From an uncultured Ectothiorhodospiraceae bacterium (lineage in GTDB: Bacteria; Pseudomonadota; Gammaproteobacteria; Nitrococcales; Nitrococcaceae), in contig CAZHBN010000001.1 of assembly GCA_964530405.1 (NCBI GenBank), positions 1 to 40,520 of the forward strand: a stretch of 40,520 nucleotides of DNA. Reading direction: 5' to 3'. The translations under genes were made by a program, and so were the position numbers. Under the pieces are notes generated by a model, which did not search any database, was not told where the DNA came from, and worked only from the letters and a program-made list of their open reading frames with translations. Below, piece after piece: positions 18,394-27,936 of this stretch; position 1 is the first letter of the stretch, and the number at the start of each line of letters is the position of its first letter.

Positions 18394-19424
18394 GAGGTTT
18401 GCCGCCCCTTGGTGAAGGTTTCGCCCAGGCGTTCGTCGATGAGACTGGGGACGGCCTTCTCGGCCTCAAGCACGCCGACCTCGATGGCGTGCTCGAACGC
18501 GACCGCATCCGCTCCGCCGTGGCTTTTGACCACGACCCCTCGCAGCCCCAGCAGACTCGCGCCGTTGTACTGCCGCGTGTCCAGACGGGCCTTGAGCGCT
18601 CTCAACACCGGCATCGCCGCCAGGCCGGCCAGCTTCGTGAACACATTACGGCGGAACTCCTGGCGCATGTAATGCGATATCACCGCGGCAACGCCTTCGC
18701 TGGTCTTCAGCGCCACGTTGCCGGTGAATCCATCGCAGACTATCACGTCGGCCACGCCTCTAAACATGGAATCGCCTTCCACGTAACCCACGTAGTTGAG
18801 CGCGCTCTCCTGGAGCATCTGCGCCGCCTGCTTGACTTCGTCGTTGCCCTTGATCTCTTCTTCGCCGAGGTTGAGCAAGCCGATGCGCGGCTCACGCACG
18901 CCCTCGACGGCTTCGGTGAGAACCGACCCCATGACCGCGAACTGGAACAGGTGCTCGGCGGTGCAATCGACGTTCGCACCCAGATCGAGCATCTGGAATG
19001 AGCCGTCCTGGCAGGGAATGGTGGTGCATATCGCGGGTCGGTCAATACCGGGCAGCGTTTTCAGCACGTACCGCGCGGTGGCCATCAGCGCCCCGGTATT
19101 GCCGGCGCTGACACAGGCATCGGCTTCACCGGTTTTCACCAGATTGACCGCCACCCGCATGGAGGAATCCTTCTTGAACCGCAACGCCTGCGATGGCAGC
19201 TCGTCCATCGCCACGGTCTGACTCGCCGGGTGCACGTACAGTGCGTCGTCCGGGCTGGCGTGGTGGCTCGCGAGCGCTTCGTGGAGCACATCCTCGCTGC
19301 CGACCAGTATCAGGCGGATCCGGTCTCCGTAATGCTGCCGCGCGCGCAACGCCGCGGGTACCACCACCGATGCGCCATGGTCGCCGCCCATGGCATCCAA
19401 GGCAATCGTGAAACGCCGTGTCAT
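18390..19424 (-). CDS. plsX: Phosphate acyltransferase PlsX
   Basis: [40 protein letters not shown]. Confidence 0.98.
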   Translation of the reverse strand: MTRRFTIALDAMGGDHGASVVVPAALRARQHYGDRIRLILVGSEDVLHEALASHHASPDDALYVHPASQTVAMDELPSQALRFKKDSSMRVAVNLVKTGEADACVSAGNTGALMATARYVLKTLPGIDRPAICTTIPCQDGSFQMLDLGANVDCTAEHLFQFAVMGSVLTEAVEGVREPRIGLLNLGEEEIKGNDEVKQAAQMLQESALNYVGYVEGDSMFRGVADVIVCDGFTGNVALKTSEGVAAVISHYMRQEFRRNVFTKLAGLAAMPVLRALKARLDTRQYNGASLLGLRGVVVKSHGGADAVAFEHAIEVGVLEAEKAVPSLIDERLGETFTKGRQTS

Positions 19425-19443
19425 GGCAACCAGCCAGTTACGC

Positions 19444-19490
19444 CAAAAACAGTCGGCCGCCCCATCCCTGCCGGGACGATGGCGGCCGAC
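19444..19490 (-). terminator. Intrinsic terminator after rpmF
   Basis: Stem gtcggccgcc...ggcggccgac (19452-19490) with an inner extension, followed on the - strand by TGTTTTT. Confidence 0.75.
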
Positions 19491-19515
19491 GCAATGGCAG
19501 GGGTGACCCTGCTAT

Positions 19516-19695
19516 TCAGTCGTCCTTGCCCGCAGTCACCTTGCGGCCACGGTAGTAGCCATCGGCAGAGATGTGGTGCCGGCGATGGGTCTCGCCAGTG
19601 GTCTGCTCCACTGACAGCGCGGGCTTGGACAGGGCGTCGTGGGACCGACGCATGCCACGCTTGGACGGGGTCTTGCGATTCTGCTGAACTGCCAT
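19516..19695 (-). CDS. rpmF: 50S ribosomal protein L32 (Cys-free form)
   Basis: Not in the ORF track (59 aa). Manual translation: [66 protein letters not shown]. Confidence 0.98.
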   Translation of the reverse strand: MAVQQNRKTPSKRGMRRSHDALSKPALSVEQTTGETHRRHHISADGYYRGRKVTAGKDD

Positions 19696-19730
19696 GACTG
19701 GCTACTCCTAAACTCCGGAATTCCTGCTAT

Positions 19731-20261
19731 TCAATCGTCTGTTTCGCGCTTTTTCAGCTCGGCGAGCTTGGCGAACGGGTTCTCCCGTTCGGGCTCCGGT
19801 TCTCCCGGGGGACCGAAGTGCCGGTCCTGCTGCCGGCATTCCTGCTCACCGGTATGGCGCGCGACCACCGGCAACCCGAGAATCAGCTCGTCCTCCACGA
19901 GAGCATGGAGGTCGAGCCGCCCCTCATGAGCGACTGCCGCCTCCTGGTCCTGTCCCAGGGCGGCGGCTTCGGCCTCGGAGGCCACCACCAGCAGCTCGAA
20001 CTCGCCGTGAACGGCGGTCACGACCACCTCCAGGCAGCGCTGACACTCCAGCGGCAATTGCCCATCCACATGGCCGATCACCACGGTCGCGCCCGTCTGG
20101 TCACGCACCACGCGCACTTCAACGGCCACCGGATCGGAAGCGGCCTTGAGCAAATCATTGAGGCGCGCCAGCTCCGCCACCGGCACGGTGCCTGCAAGCT
20201 GCAGGCCATCATCGCCGACGCGGTCCAGGTCGATCCACTGGGGCAGGGTTTCATCCCGCAT
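19731..20261 (-). CDS. yceD: YceD / DUF177 family protein (23S rRNA accumulation)
   Basis: LECQRCL, VEDELILGLP, ENPFAKLAELK. Upstream of rpmF. ATG 20261 chosen because the track's TTG 20300 coincides with the -35 box. Confidence 0.93.
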   Translation of the reverse strand: MRDETLPQWIDLDRVGDDGLQLAGTVPVAELARLNDLLKAASDPVAVEVRVVRDQTGATVVIGHVDGQLPLECQRCLEVVVTAVHGEFELLVVASEAEAAALGQDQEAAVAHEGRLDLHALVEDELILGLPVVARHTGEQECRQQDRHFGPPGEPEPERENPFAKLAELKKRETDD

Positions 20262-20271
20262 AAGACCGGGA

Positions 20272-20300
20272 ATGTTAGCCACGCCCCCTCCCCCTGTCAA
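20272..20300 (-). promoter_or_regulatory. Sigma70 promoter of yceD-rpmF(-plsX-fab)
   Basis: TTGACA (20300-20295)-N17-TAACAT (20277-20272). Confidence 0.8.
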
Positions 20301-20319
20301 AGCCCGCCAGGCGTGAGCC

Positions 20320-20328
20320 TGGTATCAT
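20320..20328 (+). promoter_or_regulatory. Extended -10 promoter of maf
   Basis: TGgTATCAT, then a GAGGAG SD and ATG 20356. Confidence 0.55.
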
Positions 20329-20355
20329 CGACCGCCAAAGCGAGGAGCGCCCGAC

Positions 20356-20940
20356 ATGACCCAACCCAACCTCATCCTGGGCTCCGGCTCACCGTACCGG
20401 GCAGCCCTGCTCGAACGGCTGGGCATCGCATTCGAACAACGTGCCCCGGACATCGACGAACGCCAGGTGGCCGGCGAGGCGCCCGCTGCCTACGTCAGAC
20501 GCCTCGCCGAAGAAAAGGCCTGCGCTGCCGCCATCGACGCGGCAGACGCGCTGGTCATCGGCTGTGACCAAATCGCGTGCCTGGACGACGCGATAATCGG
20601 CAAGCCGCACGACGAGGCCGCTGCCGTAGCCCAACTCCAGCGCGCCAGTGGTCGCTGCGTGCGCTTCCTGGTCGGGCTGGCCCTGCACGATACCCGCACC
20701 GCGCATACCGAATCCCGCGTCGAACACCTCGACGCCCACTTCCGCGAGCTCGATAGCGGCGAGATCGAGCGTTACGTCCGGCGCGAGCGCCCCCTCGACT
20801 GCGCCGGGAGCTTTCGCGCCGAGGGGCTCGGCATCAGCCTGTTCAGTCGCCTGGAGGGCGACGACCCGAACACCCTGATCGGGCTGCCGCTGATCGCGCT
20901 GTGCGACATGCTGCGCGATCGCGGCTGGGCACTACCATAA
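20356..20940 (+). CDS. yceF: Maf-family nucleotide pyrophosphatase, YceF-type
   Basis: LILGSGSPYR, PDIDE, LAEEKA, IGCDQ, GKP, DCAGSFRAEGLGISLF, DPNTLIGLP. Divergent from yceD. Confidence 0.9.
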   Translation: MTQPNLILGSGSPYRAALLERLGIAFEQRAPDIDERQVAGEAPAAYVRRLAEEKACAAAIDAADALVIGCDQIACLDDAIIGKPHDEAAAVAQLQRASGRCVRFLVGLALHDTRTAHTESRVEHLDAHFRELDSGEIERYVRRERPLDCAGSFRAEGLGISLFSRLEGDDPNTLIGLPLIALCDMLRDRGWALP

Positions 20941-21873
20941 ACGCGGTGTCCGCAACTCGTTTCGCACCTGTGACGCAACCATGCCCAGGCGTTCGGTGAT
21001 TCTATCGAGAATATTTCCGCGCGGCGTGTAGTTGACGGTACGCTCCACACCGATGATCTCGCGCGCCACCTCGCGTGGCGTCGCCAGTCCATCCACCAGC
21101 CCGAGCGCCTTGCTCCGCTCTCCGGTCCAGATCAACCCGGAGAACAGCCGATCGTCATCGGCGAGCCGGTCGCCACGCCCCTCCTTGACTGCCTGGATGA
21201 ACTGGGTGTGGATGTCATCGAGCATAGTCTGCACGTGGGCTTCCACGTCGGGATCGGGCGCCGAGAAAGGGTCCAGCATTGCCTTGTTGCGGCCCGCCGT
21301 GTAGAGGCGCCGCTCAACGCCGACCTTGTCCATGGCGTCGGTGAATCCAAAACCGCCCATGATCACGCCGATGGACCCCACCAGGGAGGCCGGATCCGCG
21401 TACACCTCATCGGCAGCGGCGGCCACGTAGTACGCACCGGAAGCCATGATGTCGCCGGCGACGGCATACAGGGTCACATCAGGGTGCTCATTGCGCAGGC
21501 GCTTGATAGCGGCATTGATGCGGCGCGACTCCACCGGGCTGCCACCGGGGCTGTTGATGCGAAGCATCACGCCGGCGACGTCATTCGCTCCGAACGCCGC
21601 CTCTAGCCCCTCGACGATGCGGTCCGCATTGGCCTGGGAATCCGTGGCGATGGCGCCGTTGAGGTCCACCACCGCTACATGCCGCCCCACTTCGACCACA
21701 TCGGTACCGCGCCACAGCGACGGCACCGCAAGCGCGAACACCGCGATCAGGTAGGCAAGGATCAGCAGCTTGAAGAATATACCCCAACGCCGCGCACGAC
21801 GACGCTCCTTGATGCCCTCCATGGCGATCTCGCGCAGTGTATCCCGCGCCCAGCGCTCTTCCTGTTGCTCCAC
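20932..21873 (-). CDS. sppA: S49 family peptidase (SppA-type signal peptide peptidase)
   Basis: RRARRWGIFFK plus TM, RINSPGGS, MASGAYYVA (Ser), SLVGSIGV, AGRNKAMLDPF, FSGLIWTG. Confidence 0.92.
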   Translation of the reverse strand: MEQQEERWARDTLREIAMEGIKERRRARRWGIFFKLLILAYLIAVFALAVPSLWRGTDVVEVGRHVAVVDLNGAIATDSQANADRIVEGLEAAFGANDVAGVMLRINSPGGSPVESRRINAAIKRLRNEHPDVTLYAVAGDIMASGAYYVAAAADEVYADPASLVGSIGVIMGGFGFTDAMDKVGVERRLYTAGRNKAMLDPFSAPDPDVEAHVQTMLDDIHTQFIQAVKEGRGDRLADDDRLFSGLIWTGERSKALGLVDGLATPREVAREIIGVERTVNYTPRGNILDRITERLGMVASQVRNELRTPRLW

Positions 21874-21915
21874 GTCTTCGCACTCCCTCGGGGCCGGTAT
21901 AGAGCCCCAGTATCT

Positions 21916-22851
21916 CTAGTTCGAACCTTGTTGCATGTCGAGCCGCCGGAGGACGTCCTCCAGGTCCCCCGGAAGCGGCGCGCGTACGGTCAGCGGACCA
22001 TGGGGCAGCGTCAGCGAGGCGGCGTGCAGGAACAGGCGCTTCAAGCCCGCCTGACGCGCCTCGCGATTGCCTGCCTTGTCCCCGTAGCGGCGGTCGCCCG
22101 CCACCGGATGACCCATATGAGCGGCGTGAGCGCGGATTTGATGCATGCGCCCGGTATGAAGCTCCGCCTCCACCAGCGTCCAGCCAGGCAGCGTTCGTTC
22201 GCGGTGGAATACCGTGCGCGCCGGCTTGCCCGCTGCACTCACGCGCATCACCGACTCGCCCCCGCGTCCTTTCTGCCGTTCCAGCCTCGCCTCCACCGCT
22301 TGCGTCCGCCGCTCCAGCGTCCCGGCGAGCAGCGCATGGTAGCGCTTGTCGACCTCGCCGGCACGTAGTGCCGCATGCACCGCCTTGAGCATCGAGCGCC
22401 GCTTGGCGATCACCAGGCAGCCGCTGGTATCGCGGTCGAGCCGATGGGCGAGATCAAGGAACCGGCACTGCGGGCGCAACCGCCTCATCGCTTCGATGAT
22501 GCCGTAACCGAGGCCACTGCCACCATGCACGGCGAGCCCGGAGGGCTTGTTGAGGACGATCAGCTCGTCGTCCTCGTGCAACACTGCCTGCTCCAATCGT
22601 TCGAGAACCTGCGCCGACGGCTCGGTCGTCGACCCCCGCCCTTCCCGCACTGGTGGCAGCCGCAGATCGTCGCCGGCCTGCAAACGGTAGGCAGGTTTGA
22701 CACGGCCACCGTTGACGCGCACCTCACCGCGACGCAGCAGCCGGTAGACCAGCGTTCGCGGCACACCACGCAGTTCCCGGCTCAGGTAATTGTCCAGACG
22801 CTGGCCGGCGAACTCGGCATCGATCTCGACGTGGCGGACATGCGTTGCCAT
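21916..22851 (-). CDS. rluC: 23S rRNA pseudouridine 955/2504/2580 synthase
   Basis: S4 domain GQRLDNYL...RRGEVRVNG, NKPSGLAVHGGSG, HRLDRDTSG, TGRMHQIR, RLFLHA. Divergent from rne. Confidence 0.95.
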   Translation of the reverse strand: MATHVRHVEIDAEFAGQRLDNYLSRELRGVPRTLVYRLLRRGEVRVNGGRVKPAYRLQAGDDLRLPPVREGRGSTTEPSAQVLERLEQAVLHEDDELIVLNKPSGLAVHGGSGLGYGIIEAMRRLRPQCRFLDLAHRLDRDTSGCLVIAKRRSMLKAVHAALRAGEVDKRYHALLAGTLERRTQAVEARLERQKGRGGESVMRVSAAGKPARTVFHRERTLPGWTLVEAELHTGRMHQIRAHAAHMGHPVAGDRRYGDKAGNREARQAGLKRLFLHAASLTLPHGPLTVRAPLPGDLEDVLRRLDMQQGSN

Positions 22852-22901
22852 AGATCTCTCTGAAGCTGCCTCCGGGCCCCGCCTACCGCGGTTGACCCCG
22901 C

Positions 22902-22910
22902 ATGATACCA
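22902..22910 (-). promoter_or_regulatory. Extended -10 promoter of rluC
   Basis: TGgTATCAT on the - strand about 50 bp upstream of ATG 22851. Confidence 0.5.
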
Positions 22911-22923
22911 GTGGCCGGTTCGC

Positions 22924-22953
22924 TTGGAAGCAAACAGCTAACGTTGATATAGT
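22924..22953 (+). promoter_or_regulatory. Putative rne promoter
   Basis: TTGGAA-N18-TATAGT with a TG extension (TGaTATAGT), in an AT-rich patch. Confidence 0.55.
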
Positions 22954-22959
22954 TGCGGG

Positions 22960-23322
22960 CGTGTTACATGGCCGCACGTCGAGGCGACGCGCCTCCGGCC
23001 GGTAGCCGCATAAAGGCAAAGATTGCAGGCACGCCCGTTGGCTTCCGACGGGCGGCCGTTCATGCAGGTCTCCTTTAATCTTGGGTCACCCGTTCGCGCG
23101 GTTCGCGAATGGCTAATGCGCCCCCTGGCGCCCCGTCGTATCTGCATATGCCAGGATTGATCGTGTCACACCTCATTACCACCCTGATCGGCTCCCTGTT
23201 GGCCGACGGGGTCTCGCAGCCCCCTGCTAGCCGCGTCGGTTTCGCGGCATCAGCGGCGCGTGTGCGGTGCTACGAGCACGACGACGGGGTCGGTCGGGTC
23301 GAGCGCCGGAGAATCGCTTACG
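22960..23322 (+). promoter_or_regulatory. Long structured rne 5' leader (putative autoregulatory UTR)
   Basis: About 360 nt between the putative promoter and the ATG. Hairpins at 22981-22995, 23033-23053 and about 23093-23109. Long rne leaders are known in Gammaproteobacteria. Confidence 0.55.
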
Positions 23323-26300
23323 ATGAAACGCATGCTCATCAACGCCACGCAGCCCGAAGAGCTGCGGGTGGCACTGGTCGACGGCCAGTCGCTATACGAT
23401 CTCGACATCGAAACCCCTTCGCGGGAGCGCAAGAAGGCAAACGTTTACAAGGGTAAGGTCACCCGCGTCGAGCCGAGCCTGGAAGCGGCTTTCGTCCAGT
23501 ACGGCGCGGAGCGCCACGGCTTCCTGCCTTTCAAGGAGATCGCGCGCGGGTACTTCCAGGGTGGCGACGCCGATCCCGGCAAGGTCAACATCCAGGACGT
23601 CATCAAGGAAGGCCAGGAAGTCGTCGTCCAGGTCGAGAAGGAAGAGCGCGGCAACAAGGGAGCCGCACTCACCACCTTCGTCAGCCTCGCCGGGCGTTAC
23701 CTTGTGCTCATGCCCAACAACCCCCGTGCCGGCGGTGTTTCACGCCGTATCGAGGGCGCGGACCGTACCGAGATCCGCGAGGCGCTGCGTGAGCTCGATG
23801 TCCCCGAAGGCATGGGCCTGATCGTGCGCACCGCCGGCGTCGGGCGCAGTGTCGAGGAGCTGCAGTGGGATCTCGACTACCTGCTCAACCTCTGGGCCGC
23901 AATCCAGAAGGCAGCCGCCGAGCGCCCCGCCCCATTCCTGATCTACCAGGAAAGCAACGTCATCATCCGCGCGTTGCGGGACTACCTGCGCTCCGATATC
24001 GGCGAAGTCCTCATCGACGACGCCGAGATCTACAATCAGGCGCGGCAGTTCATGGAACAGGTGATGCCGCACAACCTGCAGAAGCTGAAGCGCTACGACG
24101 ACGAGGTACCGCTTTTCACGCGCTACCAGATCGAGAGTCAGATCGAATCGGCGTTTCAGCGTGAGGTGCGGCTGCCGAGCGGCGGCGCCATCGCCATCGA
24201 TCACACCGAGGCGCTGATCTCCATCGATATCAACTCCTCCCGCGCCACCAAGGGCGCGGACATCGAAGAGACCGCCCTGAACACGAACCTGGAAGCCGCA
24301 GACGAAATCGCCCGGCAGCTGCGTCTGCGCGACCTCGGCGGCCTGATCGTCATCGACTTCATCGACATGGGCCCGAACCGCAACCAGCGCGAGGTGGAAA
24401 ACCGCCTTCGCGAAGCCGTGAAGCAGGACCGGGCCCGCGTTCAGGTGAGCCGAATCTCGCGCTTCGGCCTGCTGGAGATGTCCCGCCAGCGCCAGCGCTC
24501 ATCCCTGGGCGAGTCCAGCCAGGAGATCTGCGCGCGCTGCGGCGGTCAGGGCACCATCCGGAGCGTGGAGTCTCTGGCGCTCGCGATTCTCCGTCTCGTC
24601 GAGGAGGAGGCGATGAAGGAGAAGACCGGTAAGGTGCTCGCCCAGCTGCCGGTGGACGTCGCGACATTCCTGCTCAACGAGAAGCGCGCCGCGATTGCCG
24701 AGATCGAGCAACGCAATGGCGTCGCCGTGGTTCTGATCCCCAACAATCACCTGGAAACGCCGCACTACGAGGTCCAGCGCATCCGCAGCGACGACCAGTC
24801 CGCGGACGACGTGAGCTACCGCCTCGCCGGTGAAGACGAAGCGCCCACGCCCATGGAGCAGAAGCTCGCTGCCGAGCGTCCTCGCAACGAGCGACCTGCA
24901 GTGCGTGCCGTGCGCCCCACCGCTCCGGCGCCCAAACCGACGGAACCCCAGCAGCCCGCCGCCGAGGCGTCTACCGGCGTGCGCGAGGAACCGCCGCGTG
25001 CTCTCGGTGGATTCTTCGGCTGGCTACGCAAGATCGTCGTCGGCGATCAGGAAGAGCCCGCGCGCACCGAGGCGGCGACGCCGAAACGCCAGGCCACCGC
25101 ACGAACCGATACTGCCGGCAACCGCGACAGCCAGCAGTCGGGAACGCGAAGTGGCCAGTCCCGCAGCCGCAGCGGACAGCAGAACGCGCAGCAGACCGGC
25201 AAAGGCAGCCGCAGCAGTGAACGCGCAGCCGGTGACCGGGAGTCCGGCAAGGCTCGGAAGCAGGAGAAGCAGGAGAAGCAGGAGAAGAAGGACAAGGACA
25301 GGAAGCAGACGCCGCCGGCTTCGTCCACTTCCACCGCCCGTGGCAGCGAGACCGGCGAGACGAGCAAGGCCGAGAAGGCATCGGACCGCGAGCGGGAGGC
25401 TTCCACCGACACCAAGGAAGCCGACAAGCAGACGGACAGCGCAAACGGTCAGCGCAACGGCGCCAGTGCTGCGGGCAGCAGCTCAGGACGCAGCCGGCGC
25501 GGACGCCGTGGCGGGCGTCGCCGTCGCCGCAGCAATCGCAACGGTCAGAGCACCGCGGAAGCCGATGCGGGTTCCGTGAAAGAGCAATCCGGCGAAGTCG
25601 TCGACAGTGCCGACTCGAAGCAGGACAACAGTGGTGAGGCAGCGACCAAGTCCGGCGACAAGGGCGAGACGCCCCGGCCCGCCGCGGCAACCACCACGCA
25701 GACGGAGAGCGGGGATACGGCCGGCAAGGACAAGCCGGCACAGGCGCGCACGCCCAAGAAGCCCAAGAACGGCAACGCCCAAGCCGCTGACAATGACAGC
25801 AGCAAGGACAAGCGCCGCAAGGCGGACGACCCCCGCCGCTGGCCCGGACGCCCGCGCATTCCTGCCACGCAGGCGGCAAGCACCGACACCGGCGACACAG
25901 CGAAGGAATCCGCGACTACCGATGCCGCCAGCCGGGAAACAGACAGCCCGCAGGAGCAGCCTCACCCAGCGGCCACCGCGCACCCGGCGGCGCCCATCGT
26001 GGCGGACGAGCCGGTAACGCCGGATGCGACTTCCACGGCGGCCGACGAAGCGCCAGACAGCGAGGCGTCAGACAAGCAGGAAACCACTGCACCGGCCGCG
26101 CAGACACCGGCCGACGCCGAGGTGGCTCCCAAGCCGACGGGCCAATCGAGTGCCGAGAACGCCTTGGGCGCCGCAGCAGCCGCCGAGCAGACGCGAGACG
26201 ACGCGGCCAGCAAGGAAGGACCCGGCACCGATGAACCGGCCGAGCAGACGACGGCCGACGACCAGACGGACGAGGCGCAACCCGATAGCACGGAAAGCGA

Positions 26301-26328
26301 CACCGCACAGACCGGTCAGCCGCGATAG
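23323..26328 (+). CDS. rne: Ribonuclease E
   Basis: [18 protein letters not shown]1 domain, [23 protein letters not shown], Zn-link CARCGG, amphipathic membrane helix [11 protein letters not shown], Arg-rich tract, long disordered C-terminal half. GGAGA SD. Confidence 0.98.
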   Translation: MKRMLINATQPEELRVALVDGQSLYDLDIETPSRERKKANVYKGKVTRVEPSLEAAFVQYGAERHGFLPFKEIARGYFQGGDADPGKVNIQDVIKEGQEVVVQVEKEERGNKGAALTTFVSLAGRYLVLMPNNPRAGGVSRRIEGADRTEIREALRELDVPEGMGLIVRTAGVGRSVEELQWDLDYLLNLWAAIQKAAAERPAPFLIYQESNVIIRALRDYLRSDIGEVLIDDAEIYNQARQFMEQVMPHNLQKLKRYDDEVPLFTRYQIESQIESAFQREVRLPSGGAIAIDHTEALISIDINSSRATKGADIEETALNTNLEAADEIARQLRLRDLGGLIVIDFIDMGPNRNQREVENRLREAVKQDRARVQVSRISRFGLLEMSRQRQRSSLGESSQEICARCGGQGTIRSVESLALAILRLVEEEAMKEKTGKVLAQLPVDVATFLLNEKRAAIAEIEQRNGVAVVLIPNNHLETPHYEVQRIRSDDQSADDVSYRLAGEDEAPTPMEQKLAAERPRNERPAVRAVRPTAPAPKPTEPQQPAAEASTGVREEPPRALGGFFGWLRKIVVGDQEEPARTEAATPKRQATARTDTAGNRDSQQSGTRSGQSRSRSGQQNAQQTGKGSRSSERAAGDRESGKARKQEKQEKQEKKDKDRKQTPPASSTSTARGSETGETSKAEKASDREREASTDTKEADKQTDSANGQRNGASAAGSSSGRSRRGRRGGRRRRRSNRNGQSTAEADAGSVKEQSGEVVDSADSKQDNSGEAATKSGDKGETPRPAAATTTQTESGDTAGKDKPAQARTPKKPKNGNAQAADNDSSKDKRRKADDPRRWPGRPRIPATQAASTDTGDTAKESATTDAASRETDSPQEQPHPAATAHPAAPIVADEPVTPDATSTAADEAPDSEASDKQETTAPAAQTPADAEVAPKPTGQSSAENALGAAAAAEQTRDDAASKEGPGTDEPAEQTTADDQTDEAQPDSTESDTAQTGQPR
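25258..25284 (+). repeat. In-frame 9-bp tandem repeat (AAGCAGGAG)x3 in rne
   Basis: Encodes KQEKQEKQE in the disordered region. Confidence 0.85.
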
Positions 26329-26360
26329 CGCCCTCATCAGCCGGCGTTATTCCGGCGTGC

Positions 26361-26388
26361 GGACGGGCCGCCCTTAGGCGGCCCGTCC
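26361..26388. terminator. Perfect hairpin between convergent rne and LMW-PTP genes
   Basis: 12-bp stem ggacgggccgcc-ctta-ggcggcccgtcc with a weak or absent U-tract. A second small hairpin lies at about 26413-26429. Confidence 0.6.
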
Positions 26389-26450
26389 CATGTTAGACGT
26401 CAACCGAGCGTAACCCGCTTTGCGCGGGTCAGCGTCGCTGCCGACCGCCG

Positions 26451-26927
26451 CTAGAGATGGTGGTCACGGCGGATTTCCGCCAGCAACCCCTCGGCCGCCT
26501 CCTCTATCAAATCGAGAACGTGGTCGAACCCGTCCCGACCGCCGTAGTAGGGATCCGGAACCTCCGATTCCGCCCGATGCGGCGCGAAATCCAGAAACGG
26601 GCGAATCCGTTGATGCGTGGACGGCGGGGCATCGGCAAGCAGGATTCCGAGGTTGCTCTCGTCCATGGTGAGGATGTAATCGAAGCCCTCGAAATCGTAG
26701 GCGTCCACCTGGCGGGCACGCAGATCGCTGATATCCACGCCACGCCGCGCAGCCGCCTCCCGGGCTCGCGCGTCCGGCGCGCGACCCACGTGGAACCCGT
26801 GGGTTCCGGCCGAGTCCACGTCGATTTCCGCTGCCAGCCCGGCTGCCTCGACGAGCCCGCGGAAAACGCCCTCCGCCGTCGGCGAGCGACAGATATTGCC
26901 GGTACATACGAACAGAACGCGTATCAT
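26451..26927 (-). CDS. Low-molecular-weight protein-tyrosine phosphatase
   Basis: VLFVCTGNICRS P-loop, DSAGT, DPYYGG. GGAG SD. Confidence 0.96.
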   Translation of the reverse strand: MIRVLFVCTGNICRSPTAEGVFRGLVEAAGLAAEIDVDSAGTHGFHVGRAPDARAREAAARRGVDISDLRARQVDAYDFEGFDYILTMDESNLGILLADAPPSTHQRIRPFLDFAPHRAESEVPDPYYGGRDGFDHVLDLIEEAAEGLLAEIRRDHHL

Positions 26928-26965
26928 CGATATCTCCAGCTAGAGTCTTGAACGGAGCAGCGGCT

Positions 26966-27214
26966 TTGAACCCGAGCCTGCAAGACCTCGAAGCGCTGAT
27001 TGGCCGCGAGGTGACCTACCAGGGGCGAACCCTGATAGTCGTCGATGTCATTACCGAAGGCCCCGCCATCGTGCTCGGCGAACGCCACGTGACGGGACCT
27101 CAACGGAACCAATTCGGTCAGTCCGCACGGCGTGCCCCGGGGCTGTGGACGATCCCGGTGTTCGAAGCTCCCGGCCGCGTGACGCCCCTGCTCAGCCACC
27201 TCGGGCTGCTTTGA
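26966..27214 (+). CDS. Small hypothetical protein (about 82-88 aa)
   Basis: Fills the kdsB-PTP gap on the opposite strand. Composition looks globular (LIGREVTYQGRTLIVVDVITEGPAIVL...NQFG...RRAP...WTIPV). GGAG lies 8 nt before TTG 26966; alternative start 26948. Confidence 0.6.
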   Translation: MNPSLQDLEALIGREVTYQGRTLIVVDVITEGPAIVLGERHVTGPQRNQFGQSARRAPGLWTIPVFEAPGRVTPLLSHLGLL

Positions 27215-27935
27215 TCGCCGCTTCCACCGGGGCCACGTCATCGAGGGTATCCACGCCGTGACCCGGCAGCGCCGGTGCTTCCGCCACATGGATACGATAG
27301 CCATGCCACAGCGCACGCAGCTGTTCCAGCTGCTCGACCGATTCCAGCTCACAGGCTGCCAACCCCGGGAAACGGCGCAGAAATTCCGCGCGATAGGCAT
27401 AGACACCGACGTGCAGGCGGTAAGGCGACGCATGCGAGGTGCCGTCGCGGTCGTAGGGAATAGGCGCGCGACTGAAGTACAGTGCATAGCCACGACGATC
27501 GGTGACGACCTTCACAAGGTTCGGATTCGCCACGGCTGCCGGCGCCAGGGGTGCAGACAGTGTCGCCACCGCAGCGTCGTGGTGCGCCTCCAGCGACGCC
27601 GCCACCTCGCGCAGGAGCGCCGGCGGCATGAGCGGTTCGTCGCCCTGTAAATTGACCACCACGCAGTCGTCCGGCAACGCCAGTCGCGTCACCACCTCGG
27701 CAAGGCGATCGGTACCGGTGGGATGGTCGCGACGGGTGCGCATGACCTCGGCGCCGACGCACGCCGCCTCGACACGCTCGTCGTCCGTCGCCACGATTAC
27801 CCGGTCAGCGCCGCTGTCGAGGCCACGGCCGATCACGTGCTCAATCATGGGTCGCCCCGCCAGGTCAATCAGGGGCTTACCCGGCAGGCGCGTGGAGTCG
27901 TAACGCGCCGGGATTACCACTATGAAACCCGTCAT
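27192..27935 (-). CDS. kdsB: 3-deoxy-manno-octulosonate cytidylyltransferase (CMP-Kdo synthetase)
   Basis: VIPARYDSTRLPGKPL, TGTDRL, NLQGDEP, YFSRAPIP, EQLEQLR, GVDT. Confidence 0.97.
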   Translation of the reverse strand: MTGFIVVIPARYDSTRLPGKPLIDLAGRPMIEHVIGRGLDSGADRVIVATDDERVEAACVGAEVMRTRRDHPTGTDRLAEVVTRLALPDDCVVVNLQGDEPLMPPALLREVAASLEAHHDAAVATLSAPLAPAAVANPNLVKVVTDRRGYALYFSRAPIPYDRDGTSHASPYRLHVGVYAYRAEFLRRFPGLAACELESVEQLEQLRALWHGYRIHVAEAPALPGHGVDTLDDVAPVEAAIKAARGG

Positions 27936-27936
27936 T

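Noticed and set aside
23109-23456. 115-aa ORF in the rne leader as a leader peptide
   Set aside because: No SD, out-of-frame overlap with rne, and non-protein-like composition.
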